Assembly: GCF_000039765.1 (NCBI RefSeq)
Contig: NC_004459.3
Coordinates: forward strand, 2,541,127-2,573,126
Length of the DNA: 32,000 bases
Reading direction: 5' to 3'
From: Vibrio vulnificus CMCP6
Lineage (GTDB): Bacteria > Pseudomonadota > Gammaproteobacteria > Enterobacterales > Vibrionaceae
Made by a program: the position numbers and the translations under genes. Positions within the stretch are counted from its first letter, which is position 1; the number at the start of each line of letters is the position of its first letter. Of the stretch, positions 18,711-28,037 are shown piece by piece. Below the pieces are notes generated by a model that ran no database searches, had not been told where the DNA came from, and was given only the letters and a program-made list of their open reading frames with translations.

Positions 18711-19040
18711 ATGGATGAAAAAGTACAAATAGCTTTTGGTGTTTGGGCGGGTGTTTCACTCCTCGGTTATGTGTTGTTCTATGCGAATAAAAATACACAG
18801 TTTAAGAGGAAATATTATCCAGCATTCTCTGTCGTGACAGGCGCTTTATTTTTGTTCATTGTTAACTTGATGGGCTTTTTTAAACATCAATTCTGGATTG
18901 TAATTGTCCCCATTGTTGCGCTAATAACTTTTATGAACATACGTGGTGCTAAGTTTTGCGACAACTGTGGGAAATCAAACTTTACGCAATCGTTAAAAGA
19001 TAAAAAAATCGAATGTCAAAAATGTGGGCATACTATTTGA
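18711..19040 (+). CDS. TM + C-terminal zinc-ribbon protein, copy 1
   Basis: Hydrophobic helices then FCDNCGKSNFTQSLKDKKIECQKCGHTI (CxxC...CxxC). Confidence 0.75.
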   Translation: MDEKVQIAFGVWAGVSLLGYVLFYANKNTQFKRKYYPAFSVVTGALFLFIVNLMGFFKHQFWIVIVPIVALITFMNIRGAKFCDNCGKSNFTQSLKDKKIECQKCGHTI

Positions 19041-19049
19041 GCAATGTGA

Positions 19050-19175
19050 ACATAACAAGGCGTTCAAGTGGGATTCATACCGCGTGGCATTTTTGGTATG
19101 CGGTTGGTTCTGGTGGTGAAAGTGTCTGCGGAAAGTTGGTTTAGGCGGCATTCACCCCTTAACGCAGCGTTATGT
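19050..19175 (+). repeat. attC site 30
   Basis: ACATAAC ... TTAACGCAGCGTTATGT. Confidence 0.9.
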
Positions 19176-19195
19176 TCACAAGATGGATTGTAGAT

Positions 19196-19525
19196 ATGGA
19201 TGAAAAAGTACAAATAGCTTTTGGTGTTTGGGCGGGTGTTTCACTCCTCGGTTATGTGTTGTTCTATGCGAATAAAAATACACAGTTTAAGAGGAAATAT
19301 TATCCAGCATTCTCTGTCGTGACAGGCGCTTTATTTTTGTTCATTGTTAACTTGATGGGCTTTTTTAAACATCAATTCTGGATTGTAATTGTCCCCATTG
19401 TTGCGCTAATAACTTTTATGAACATACGTGGTGCTAAGTTTTGCGACAACTGTGGGAAATCAAACTTTACGCAATCGTTAAAAGATAAAAAAATCGAATG
19501 TCAAAAATGTGGGCATACTATTTGA
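19196..19525 (+). CDS. TM + zinc-ribbon protein, copy 2
   Basis: Protein identical to copy 1. Confidence 0.75.
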   Translation: MDEKVQIAFGVWAGVSLLGYVLFYANKNTQFKRKYYPAFSVVTGALFLFIVNLMGFFKHQFWIVIVPIVALITFMNIRGAKFCDNCGKSNFTQSLKDKKIECQKCGHTI

Positions 19526-19534
19526 GCAATGTGA

Positions 19535-19660
19535 ACATAACAAGGCGTTCAAGTGGGATTCATACCGCGTGGCATTTTTGGTATGCGGTTGGTTCTGGTG
19601 GTGAAAGTGTCTGCGGAAAGTTGGTTTATGCGGCATTCACCCCTTAACGCGGCGTTATGT
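19535..19660 (+). repeat. attC site 31
   Basis: ACATAAC ... TTAACGCGGCGTTATGT. Confidence 0.9.
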
Positions 19661-20005
19661 TTAATCACGTAAAATCAGTTGTTTGCACTCTTTTTTGTTC
19701 ACGTAACTTTCAAGTTTTTCCCCTGTCGGCAAGCTAACTTCAGTGGTCGCTGTTTTCAGGACTCCTATTCGCGGGCGCGAAAAATTCAGAGAATTGCCTC
19801 ATTGCAATCCAGTGTGTTGGCGAGGTGAGTGAAGTGTTCTCAATTTCAATGTTAGAGTTCCAGTTTTCGGTTTTTCACGCTAAAACTCAATGTTAGTAAA
19901 ATCAAATTTATGAGTTAATTCAGTTTTTTAGCTTCTGGTTTTGGTTTTCAATGGTAAGTCGAGTTAAGCTCTTGGTATCGTAAAACTTAACCCTTTGAGT
20001 CTTAA
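19655..20005 (+). other. ORF-less cassette, subtype b
   Basis: Near-copy of 7105-7455. Confidence 0.85.
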
Positions 20006-20131
20006 ACATAACAAGGCGTTCAAGCGGGATTCATGCCGCGTGGCATTTTTGGTTTGCGGTGAGTTTTGTGGTGAAAGTGGTGTGTGGAAACTTGGTTTAG
20101 GCGGCATTCACCCCTTAACGCGGCGTTAGGG
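20006..20131 (+). repeat. attC site 32
   Basis: ACATAAC ... TTAACGCGGCGTTAGGG. Confidence 0.9.
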
Positions 20132-20188
20132 CTCATGGCTAGTCAGTTTTAAAATTAAGTTTGTCGTTTGAATGAAGGATTAAGTTAG

Positions 20189-20578
20189 ATGTTTGAGTCA
20201 ATTAGCCCTGATGGAAAGCACGTAGCAACTTATCGGTCAGGCGGAGAAATGTGGATGAGTGGTCCTGAATGGGGTTATCTATCAATAGATAATAATGAAG
20301 AGATAAAGGGAGCTACACAAGATATTTTATGGTCTTCGGATAGTCAGTACATTGCATTTGTAAAGCTGGTAATTGATGAAGTCCCTAATAGAAAAGGTAC
20401 TGAGGGTATGAGCTCTAGGGTTGCAGTTGTTAGGCTCAGTGATTTCAAGATACGATATTGCTTGGGAAATAATAAGCTTGCGGAACTAAAGCTAAAAAGT
20501 TGTTACTTAGATGAAATCAGTGTCTTGGTCAATGGGCAGTCTAAATTGATAAAACTCGCTTCGATTTATTGGAACTAG
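20189..20578 (+). CDS. hypothetical, partial beta-propeller-like repeats
   Basis: ISPDGKHVATYRSGGEMWMSG...DILWSSDSQYIAFVKL resembles TolB/WD-type blades. Confidence 0.6.
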   Translation: MFESISPDGKHVATYRSGGEMWMSGPEWGYLSIDNNEEIKGATQDILWSSDSQYIAFVKLVIDEVPNRKGTEGMSSRVAVVRLSDFKIRYCLGNNKLAELKLKSCYLDEISVLVNGQSKLIKLASIYWN

Positions 20579-20594
20579 AAGATGAATCCAAGCG

Positions 20595-20719
20595 CCCTAA
20601 CAAACGCTTTAAGACGGATTCGCAACGCGTGGCATTTGTGGTTTGCGGTAAATTTAGTGTTTTAGGTGGTATGCGAAAGCATCGTATTGCGTTGCTCACC
20701 ACTTAAGCGAGCGTTATGC
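20595..20719 (+). repeat. attC site 33
   Basis: CCCTAAC ... TTAAGCGAGCGTTATGC. Confidence 0.88.
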
Positions 20720-21063
20720 TTAATCATGTAAAATCAGTGGTTTATGGTTTTTCTTTGTTCCCTTGGCTGATTGGTTTTGTGCTTGTCGGCAAGTTGACTT
20801 CATTGGGCGCTGTTTTTCGGACACTTATTCTTTGGCGCTGAAAATTCAGGGAGTTGCCTCAGTCAATTTTCGGGTAAGCGAGAGGTTAGGGCGGTTGGCT
20901 TAATCAGCAATTTGATCTTAGGTTTTTGAGTTTTATCGGCCAAATTTCAAAGTCCGATTTTTAAAACTATGAGTCATTTCTGTTTTCTATGTTTTGGCTT
21001 TTGTTTGTAAATCAAAGTCGAGTTAATCTTGGTTCTATTAAAACGTAACCCATTGAAGCTTAA
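20714..21063 (+). other. ORF-less cassette, subtype a
   Basis: TTATGCTTAATCATGTAAAATCAGTGG...CTTAAGCATAAC. Confidence 0.85.
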
Positions 21064-21190
21064 GCATAACAAGGCGTTCAAGAGGGATTCATGCCGCGTG
21101 GCATTTTTGGTATGCATTGAGTTTTGGTGGTGAAGGTGGTCTGCGGAAAGTTGGTTTATGCGGCATTCACCCCTTAACGCGGCGTTATGT
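21064..21190 (+). repeat. attC site 34
   Basis: GCATAAC ... TTAACGCGGCGTTATGT. Confidence 0.9.
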
Positions 21191-21210
21191 TCACAAGATG
21201 GATTGTAGAT

Positions 21211-21540
21211 ATGGATGAAAAAGTACAAATAGCTTTTGGTGTTTGGGCGGGTGTTTCACTCCTCGGTTATGTGTTGTTCTATGCGAATAAAAATACACAG
21301 TTTAAGAGGAAATATTATCCAGCATTCTCTGTCGTGACAGGCGCTTTATTTTTGTTCATTGTTAACTTGATGGGCTTTTTTAAACATCAATTCTGGATTG
21401 TAATTGTCCCCATTGTTGCGCTAATAACTTTTATGAACATACGTGGTGCTAAGTTTTGCGACAACTGTGGGAAATCAAACTTTACGCAATCGTTAAAAGA
21501 TAAAAAAATCGAATGTCAAAAATGTGGGCATACTATTTGA
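21211..21540 (+). CDS. TM + zinc-ribbon protein, copy 3
   Basis: Protein identical to copies 1 and 2. Confidence 0.75.
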   Translation: MDEKVQIAFGVWAGVSLLGYVLFYANKNTQFKRKYYPAFSVVTGALFLFIVNLMGFFKHQFWIVIVPIVALITFMNIRGAKFCDNCGKSNFTQSLKDKKIECQKCGHTI

Positions 21541-21549
21541 GCAATGTGA

Positions 21550-21675
21550 ACATAACAAGGCGTTCAAGTGGGATTCATACCGCGTGGCATTTTTGGTATG
21601 CGGTTGGTTCTGGTGGTGAAAGTGTCTGCGGAAAGTTGGTTTAGGCGGCATTCACCCCTTAACGCAGCGTTATGC
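21550..21675 (+). repeat. attC site 35
   Basis: ACATAAC ... TTAACGCAGCGTTATGC. Confidence 0.9.
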
Positions 21676-22020
21676 TTAATCTCGTAAAATCAGTGATTTA
21701 GTGTTTTTCTTTGTTCCCTCGGCTTGTTAGTTTCGAGTTCGTCGGCAAGTCAGCTTCATAGGGCGCTATTTTCTGGACATCAATTCTTTGGCGCTGGAAA
21801 TTCAGAGGATTGCCTCAATCAGTTTTCGCGTAAGCGTGAGGTTAGGGCAGTTGGCTCATTCAGAATTTTGAACTTAGGTTTTTGAGTTTTAGTAGCCAAA
21901 TTTCAAAGTCAGATTTTCAAAAATCATGAGTCATTTCAGTTTTTTAGGTTTTGCCTTTTGTTAACTAATCCTAGCCGAGTTAATCTTGGTTTTGGTAAAA
22001 ATGTGGGCGTTGAAGCTTAA
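21670..22020 (+). other. ORF-less cassette, subtype a
   Basis: TTATGCTTAATCTCGTAAAATCAGTG...CTTAAGCATAAC. Confidence 0.82.
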
Positions 22021-22147
22021 GCATAACAAAGCGTTAAAGTGGGATTTGGCACGCGTGGCATTTTTAGTTTGCGTTGAGTTCGGTGGTTACGGCACTATGC
22101 GGTAGCTTTTGTATTGCGTGCCTGCACCCCTTAACGCGGCGTTATAA
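22021..22147 (+). repeat. attC site 36
   Basis: GCATAAC ... TTAACGCGGCGTTATAA. Confidence 0.9.
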
Positions 22148-22161
22148 CGAAATAGGTAATT

Positions 22162-23298
22162 ATGGACGTAGTAAGTATCAATAAAAAATTTTTAGAAGAA
22201 AAAGAGCAGTTACTTACAGCTCGTTTGAAGTTGTTACAAGATAAAGCATTAATTCGATTTGAAGAAATAACAGGTATTCGTTCTATACATTCATTTCATG
22301 CAATGATGGGAGCGAATAATAATACTTACGTAGATAGTGTTAACACTGTTTTTTTAGATCCCAATGATTTCATTAGTATGTGGATTGACGGTTTAGGTAA
22401 AAGTGTACGAGAAAAAGCTGTTCTAGGACGACTAAAGCCCAAAGCTCCCTATAATAGGGTTAATCGTGAATATTTCTTAATGCATGCCCTCCAAGATCAT
22501 CTCTTAAAAGAGTACCTAATATTATTTCTTACCCGTAATTTTTATCGAAATTTTAAAGAAAGAGTAAGGCATAAACCTGATGAATCTCTTTGGACAATTT
22601 GGTTTGGAAGTGGAAATTTAGTGTGGGGATTACTCATTTCTCCTGAAATGAGAAATGATGACTGGGTAAACGACAAATCTGAAATGAGACGATCAGATTT
22701 CAATTTCTGGACAATTAGGCATGTTATGAATACAGGGCTAATTGATCCGGATTCTGATGAACCAATGAAATTTCAATCATCAAAGGATTTTGTTCAATTT
22801 TATAGAAGTGTTTTAAAAAGAGTTTCTAATTCGCAGTATGAAAAAGCTATAGCAGATCGTTATATAGATTATTTGAAAAATTCAGACAATTCATATGAAG
22901 AGCCATTTTTAATCCCAGAGTTGAGGTACGCAGGAAAAGAAGCTAAACACAAATATAGACTTGATTACACAATACTTAATCCATATACGAATAAACTCGT
23001 GGGTTTCGAGATAAGTCCGTCATCAACGCATATGGTTGTAGATAGGATCAGAGATGTAAAAAAGATAGATATTAATGAAGACTTATCTAAAAAATGGTCT
23101 AAAGAAATGGGTAAAAGAAATGAATACTTCTCTAAGTTTGGTATATCAACGATAACTTTTACTGATGAAGAACTGAAGGATGTAGATTCATGTTTTTCAG
23201 TTATAGCTAAATATCTTTCCGAAAGAGGAGTAGAGAAGAAAAATTTAAGTAATTCAATAAGCAATATTAATGGGCTATTTGACGAACTTTCGTTATAA
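22162..23298 (+). CDS. hypothetical protein with candidate nuclease-like C-terminal region
   Basis: Complete 378-aa ORF; C-terminal FLIPELRYAGKEAKHKYRLDYTILNPYTNKLVGFEISPSSTH, D...E-x-S spacing reminiscent of PD-(D/E)XK-type folds; function tentative. Confidence 0.75.
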   Translation: MDVVSINKKFLEEKEQLLTARLKLLQDKALIRFEEITGIRSIHSFHAMMGANNNTYVDSVNTVFLDPNDFISMWIDGLGKSVREKAVLGRLKPKAPYNRVNREYFLMHALQDHLLKEYLILFLTRNFYRNFKERVRHKPDESLWTIWFGSGNLVWGLLISPEMRNDDWVNDKSEMRRSDFNFWTIRHVMNTGLIDPDSDEPMKFQSSKDFVQFYRSVLKRVSNSQYEKAIADRYIDYLKNSDNSYEEPFLIPELRYAGKEAKHKYRLDYTILNPYTNKLVGFEISPSSTHMVVDRIRDVKKIDINEDLSKKWSKEMGKRNEYFSKFGISTITFTDEELKDVDSCFSVIAKYLSERGVEKKNLSNSISNINGLFDELSL

Positions 23299-23420
23299 CA
23301 AACGCTTCAAGAGGGACAGCCAACGCGTGGCATTTTTACTATGCGTTGGTTTTTATGGTTACAGTGTTATGCGGAAAGTTAGTAGTAGCGTTGGCTGCCC
23401 CTTAAGCGGGCGTTAGAGCG
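23293..23420 (+). repeat. attC site 37
   Basis: TTATAAC ... TTAAGCGGGCGTTAGAG. Confidence 0.88.
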
Positions 23421-23432
23421 CAGGAGAAAAAT

Positions 23433-23732
23433 GTGAATATGACGGACATAATTGAATACATTTCATATCTTATCGCAGGCATTCTTATCGCTCCTTTCGG
23501 CTTTATGTTGTTTAAAGAATTCATCGGTAAAGATCGCAAGACGGTCACAGATGAAGTCAAATCTACGGTAGGAGACGAATCGAGAAAGTTTTTGGGCGGT
23601 AGATATGGTGATGCGGTTGTAGGTCAGTTTGTCGAGTTTAAACTGATAATAGCGATAGGTTTGCCATTAGTTCTATTTCTAGGAATATCTTCTTTGGTAA
23701 ATTCTCTTTTGAAAGTTCTGTTCAATCTGTGA
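23433..23732 (+). CDS. small membrane protein
   Basis: Two hydrophobic helices flanking a charged loop; RBS AGGAG. Confidence 0.7.
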   Translation: MNMTDIIEYISYLIAGILIAPFGFMLFKEFIGKDRKTVTDEVKSTVGDESRKFLGGRYGDAVVGQFVEFKLIIAIGLPLVLFLGISSLVNSLLKVLFNL

Positions 23733-23738
23733 GTTGCG

Positions 23739-23864
23739 CTCTAACAAACTGTTCAAGAGGGATTCGCAACGCGTGGCATTTTCACTATGCGTTGATTTTA
23801 GTGATTAAGGTGGTGTGCGGTGGCTTCGGTATTGCGTTGCTCACCCCTTAACAGGGCGTTAAGC
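23739..23864 (+). repeat. attC site 38
   Basis: CTCTAAC ... TTAACAGGGCGTTAAGC. Confidence 0.88.
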
Positions 23865-23934
23865 GTCGTATATTAACCTTGGTGCAAATGGTGTGGTATC
23901 ATATTTCGCTTAGGAATTATGTAGAGGTGCCTAA

Positions 23935-24690
23935 ATGTTTGATGTTTTGCTTTATCCAAGTTCTATGGGAGAACTTGAAATAAAAACCATGCAAAAGGGT
24001 GGGGATACGCTGTTCCTTTTACCTGATGTTGTTCAAGTTATTTCACAAGAGACTCAGTCTCTAGATGGCAGGGCAACTTCGAATCAAGCATCCCTATTGA
24101 AAGCTAGCATTACATCATTAGAAGATGATGAGCGATTTATTGAGACTGTGATTGTTGATGGCAAGGAAGAGCGTCATTACTACGTTACTGAGCCGGGTGT
24201 ATACCGAGTGGCAATGCAAGCAAAAAGCTCTGGAGCGAAAAAGTTTCAAAATTGGGTTTTAAAAGAAGTAATGCCATCAATCCGTCGATTTGGTATTTAT
24301 CCGCCTCCGGAAGTAAACGATGACGACTTTCTATTGCAAGTAGCAGATCAACAAGCAAAACAGTCTCAGTTACTGAGCCAGTTTATGCGTAGCTCTATGG
24401 AAAAGTTCAAGCATTTGGACAATAAAGTGGATGAGCAATCAGACACTATTAAGCTTCAAGGTTCTGTTTTACAGTCCCTAAAAGAAAGGTTAGATACCGT
24501 AGAGCTTAATAATCACTCAAACCTTGAATATTTTGATGTTAGCGAAGTCATCAGGTCCCTAGAGATAGATGAGAGTAAATTGACTTTAGTTGTTGCTCAA
24601 TGTGAAAAAGTTGCCTCAGAAAAAGGTTCAATTATCAAGTCTCGCTCAGCGGTATACGAGAAGAGCAGCGTTTTCCTATGGCTGTTATAA
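23935..24690 (+). CDS. Bro-N domain protein (phage antirepressor-like)
   Basis: GDTLFLLPDVVQVIS...RHYYVTEPGVYRVAMQAKSSGAKKFQNWVLKEVMPSIRRFGIY is the Bro-N signature region. Confidence 0.85.
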   Translation: MFDVLLYPSSMGELEIKTMQKGGDTLFLLPDVVQVISQETQSLDGRATSNQASLLKASITSLEDDERFIETVIVDGKEERHYYVTEPGVYRVAMQAKSSGAKKFQNWVLKEVMPSIRRFGIYPPPEVNDDDFLLQVADQQAKQSQLLSQFMRSSMEKFKHLDNKVDEQSDTIKLQGSVLQSLKERLDTVELNNHSNLEYFDVSEVIRSLEIDESKLTLVVAQCEKVASEKGSIIKSRSAVYEKSSVFLWLL

Positions 24691-24737
24691 AGTTAGCCTT
24701 AATCGAGATGCGCTTGATTTCCGGTGATAGGGACAAC

Positions 24738-24865
24738 GCTTAACAAAGCATTTAAGAGTGATTCCCAACGCTTGGCATTTTTCATTCCATCGTTGGGTTT
24801 CGTGTTTCTGGTGCAATGGTTTAGTGTCGTGGTAGCGTTGCTCACACCTTAATGCGGCGTTATGT
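24738..24865 (+). repeat. attC site 39
   Basis: GCTTAAC ... TTAATGCGGCGTTATGT. Confidence 0.88.
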
Positions 24866-24880
24866 TTTTACAGGGAAATG

Positions 24881-25342
24881 ATGAGCTTACGTGATGTGAT
24901 TGATTCGGATTGGAATCAAATATACGAACTTATTGAAGATAATATGCTCAATATGCAGATTGAACTTGGGTTGAAGTGGGATCGAGAATCGATCATACGT
25001 CACTATAAAAGTAAGTCTGTTATTGTTGAAGTACAGCGAGATCATATCTCTGGATTCATCGCGTACCATCAAAATGAAGATGTTCACTTTATTGACTCTT
25101 TGCAAGTGGCTCAAGGGTATCAAAACAGATTAGCGGGTTTTCGTTTGTTAAAATCGAGTCTATTAAAAACAAGCGTATCTCCTATGGTTCAAAAAGTGCG
25201 TTGTTGTGTTTTTGAAAATAATACTGCCAAGGAGCAATATTTTTCAGTTGGCTTTCGCGAGCTCAGTCGTTCTAAAGGTGTTTTGACGTTGGAAATGCCG
25301 ATGAAACAGCTGATTAAGCGTTTGAGGTTGGCCAAAACATAA
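24881..25342 (+). CDS. GNAT-like acetyltransferase
   Basis: MSLRDVIDSDWNQIYELIEDN...FIDSLQVAQGYQNRLAGFRLLKSSL...NNTAKEQYFSVGFRELSRS. Confidence 0.7.
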   Translation: MSLRDVIDSDWNQIYELIEDNMLNMQIELGLKWDRESIIRHYKSKSVIVEVQRDHISGFIAYHQNEDVHFIDSLQVAQGYQNRLAGFRLLKSSLLKTSVSPMVQKVRCCVFENNTAKEQYFSVGFRELSRSKGVLTLEMPMKQLIKRLRLAKT

Positions 25343-25462
25343 CAAACTGCTTAAGAGGGATTCGCAATGCGTGGCATTTTTAGTATGCGGTGAGTTTTGT
25401 GCTTAAGTTGGTGTGCGGTAGCTTTTGCAGTGCATTGCTCACCCCTTAGCAGAGCGTTAGTT
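25337..25462 (+). repeat. attC site 40
   Basis: ACATAAC ... TTAGCAGAGCGTTAGTT. Confidence 0.9.
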
Positions 25463-25935
25463 TGCAAGAGGAAAAACGTAGCTATATCGCAAGATCTAGC
25501 GGTAAAGCTCATGTCGTATCGGCATTTAATTTCAGTGTTAATCAGCGTGGTAAAAAACCAAAATTGGCATCGTTTCAGCGGTTGATTTGTTCTTTGGTGC
25601 TGTGACTTTTTGGGTAACTGAATCGAACTTTTTGCTGAAACTCTGCTCTGTGAGTTTGTTGGTACAAAAGCCGATTTACTCGCTGCAAGGACGTTTTCTC
25701 TGGTGTGGTAAGTTCCACGTGGTTTCAGTGGCTTTGTTGAAAGTTCGCACTGTGAGATTGGTTTTCCAAAAGCGCTTTTTGGTGTTGTAAACTCGTTTTC
25801 TGCGGCGTTGTTTGTTCCAAGTGGTTTCATTGAGTAGTCGCTTTGAGACTACGCCTGACTTAAGTGCACCAGAACACATAAAGTTTATTGTTTGCAAAGT
25901 TTAAAACAACGTAAAATTAACGCTTTGGGTCTGCA
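25457..25935 (+). other. cassette without convincing ORF
   Basis: TTAGTTTGCAAGAGG...GGGTCTGCAAACTAAC. Confidence 0.55.
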
Positions 25936-26061
25936 AACTAACAAACTGCTCAAGAGGGATTCGCAACGCGTGGCATTTTTGCTATGCGTTGGTTTTAGTG
26001 TTTAAGGTGGTTTGCGGCGGCTTTGGTATTGCGTTGCTCACCCCTTAGCAGGGCGTTAGTT
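25936..26061 (+). repeat. attC site 41
   Basis: AACTAAC ... TTAGCAGGGCGTTAGTT. Confidence 0.9.
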
Positions 26062-26390
26062 TGCAAAGTAAGCAAAAGGCTAGTCCGGTTTCTGTGCTTT
26101 GCACCTGTTGGTTTGCCAATTTCACGAACTTTCCGGTGGCACTATATGGGAAGTGATCGCGGTGGGGTGGTCGTTTACTGGCTCTAACTTTTTTGTCATC
26201 GTTCTTTTACGCTGCTTCTTTTTCTTTGCGGCTAATTGCTCCCAACTACCCTTTGTCGCACTTCGCTAAGTCTGTTTTGTCGGTTGGGTTTGAAACTCTG
26301 GCTTCCAGTTTTGCATCTGGGTTCAAAGTCAGTAGTTTTGGCCTTAATTCAGCATGTTGCTGCAAAAGCGCTGCCTACATTAGGCACGCA
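26056..26390 (+). other. cassette without convincing ORF
   Basis: TTAGTTTGCAAAG...GGCACGCAAACTAAC. Confidence 0.55.
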
Positions 26391-26515
26391 AACTAACAAA
26401 ACGCTTAAGACGGACTAACAAACGCGTGGCATTTTTGGTTTGGTCGAGTTGGGTGTGTAAGGTGGTCAGTTGAGTTGAGTGGTAGGTTTGTTAGCCACTT
26501 AGCGTGGCGTTATGC
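26391..26515 (+). repeat. attC site 42 (divergent arms)
   Basis: AACTAAC AAAACGCTTAAGACGG ... CCACTTAGCGTGGCGTTATGC. Confidence 0.85.
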
Positions 26516-26859
26516 TTAATCAAGTAAAATCAGTGGTTTATGGTTTTTCTTTGTTCCCTCAGCTTGTCAGTTTGATGTTTGTCGGCAAGTTGGCTTTTGT
26601 GTGCGCTATTTTCTGGACATCCATTCTTGGTCGCTAAAAATTCTGAGAGTTGCCTCAATCAATTTTCGGGCAAGCGCGAGGTTAGGGTGGCTGGCTCAAT
26701 CAGCAATTTGATCTTAGGTTTTTGAGTTTTAGCGGCCGAATTTCAAAGCCCAGATTTTCAAAACTATGAGTCATTTCGGTTTTCACGTTTTGGCTTTTGT
26801 TTGTAAATCAAAGTCGAGTTAATCTTGTTTCCAGAAAAACGTAACCCATTGAAGCTTAA
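26510..26859 (+). other. ORF-less cassette, subtype a
   Basis: TTATGCTTAATCAAGTAAAATCAGTGG...CTTAAGCATAAC. Confidence 0.85.
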
Positions 26860-26986
26860 GCATAACAAGGCGTTCAAGAGGGATTCATGCCGCGTGGCAT
26901 TTTTGGTATGTGGTGAGTTTTGGTGGTGAAAGTGGCTTGCGGAAGGTTGGTTTAGGCGGCATTCACCCCTTAACGCAGCGTTATAT
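26860..26986 (+). repeat. attC site 43
   Basis: GCATAAC ... TTAACGCAGCGTTATAT. Confidence 0.9.
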
Positions 26987-27421
26987 TTATCCACGTATTT
27001 CCATAATCCATTTGATGCTTATGTATGTGTGTAGTTATAATCAGAACACGCAACTTGGGCAAGGCTCTTTTTGCTAGAAGTGCATTCGCATCTTAGATGG
27101 TCAGGCGACTGTTGATGATAGTTATGTTGAATGGTTGCACACTTTGCTGCTTTCACTGCAACTGAGAGCAAATAATCGTTGGTAAGGATTGCAAAACCTT
27201 ATTCAGCGCGTGACGGCCACTCACGTAAAATATCAGGATTAACTCTTGAGTCGGCTCGAGAATTATCAGGCGAACTTTATGTTTACTGTTAAAACTCGAA
27301 ATATAGTGGTTTCAATTGATGTTGCTGCAATAATTAGGGCTTCGGCTTTATTGTTGGTGCTTTTTTTGTAACCTTTGGTTGGGGCATCTTTGCCCCAAAC
27401 CATAAATCTCCAACAATATAA
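26981..27421 (+). other. cassette without convincing ORF
   Basis: Only short ORFs in any frame. Confidence 0.5.
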
Positions 27422-27548
27422 ATATAACAAAGCGTTTAAGACGGATTCCCAACGCTTGGCATTCTCAGTTTGTTTCAACTTTAGTGTTTACGGCTCAATG
27501 CCTTAAGTTTGGTGGCCGCGTTGCTCACCACTTAACGCGGCGTTATGC
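27422..27548 (+). repeat. attC site 44
   Basis: ATATAAC ... TTAACGCGGCGTTATGC. Confidence 0.9.
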
Positions 27549-27891
27549 TTAATCACGTAAAATCAGTGGTTTATGGTTTTTCTTTGTTCCCTTGGCTTAT
27601 TGGTTTTGTGCTTGTCGGCAAGTCGGTTTCATTGGGCGCTGCTTTTCGGACACTTATTCTTTGGCGCTGAAAATTCAGAGAGTTGCCTCAATCAATTTTC
27701 AGGTAAGCGCGAGGTTAGGGTAGCTGGCTCAATCAGCAATTTGATCTTAGGTTTTGAGTTTTAGCAGCCGAATTTCAAAGCCCGATTTTCAAAACTATGA
27801 GTCCTTTCGGTTTTCTACGTTTTGGCTTTTGTTTGTAAATCAAAGTCGAGTTACTCTTGGTTCTAGTAAAACGTAAGCCATTGAAGCTTAA
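27543..27891 (+). other. ORF-less cassette, subtype a
   Basis: TTATGCTTAATCACGTAAAATCAGTGG...CTTAAGCATAAC. Confidence 0.85.
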
Positions 27892-28017
27892 GCATAACAA
27901 GGCGTTCAAGAGGGATTCATGCCGCGTGGCATTTTTGGTATGCGTTGGTTTTAGTGTTTAAGGTGGTATGCAGCGGCTTTGGTATTGCGTTGCTCACCCC
28001 TTAACAGGGCGTTATGT
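27892..28017 (+). repeat. attC site 45
   Basis: GCATAAC ... TTAACAGGGCGTTATGT. Confidence 0.9.
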
Positions 28018-28037
28018 AACAAGGAGAGTTTGGCTAA

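Noticed and set aside
25351-25830. 159-aa minus-strand ORF
   Set aside because: Its C-terminal portion is a reverse translation of an attC (HRILKMPRIANPS) and it has no recognisable domain; probably fortuitous.
26193-26418. Two small overlapping forward ORFs
   Set aside because: Low-complexity composition, overlapping in different frames, one crosses into attC; not supported as genes.
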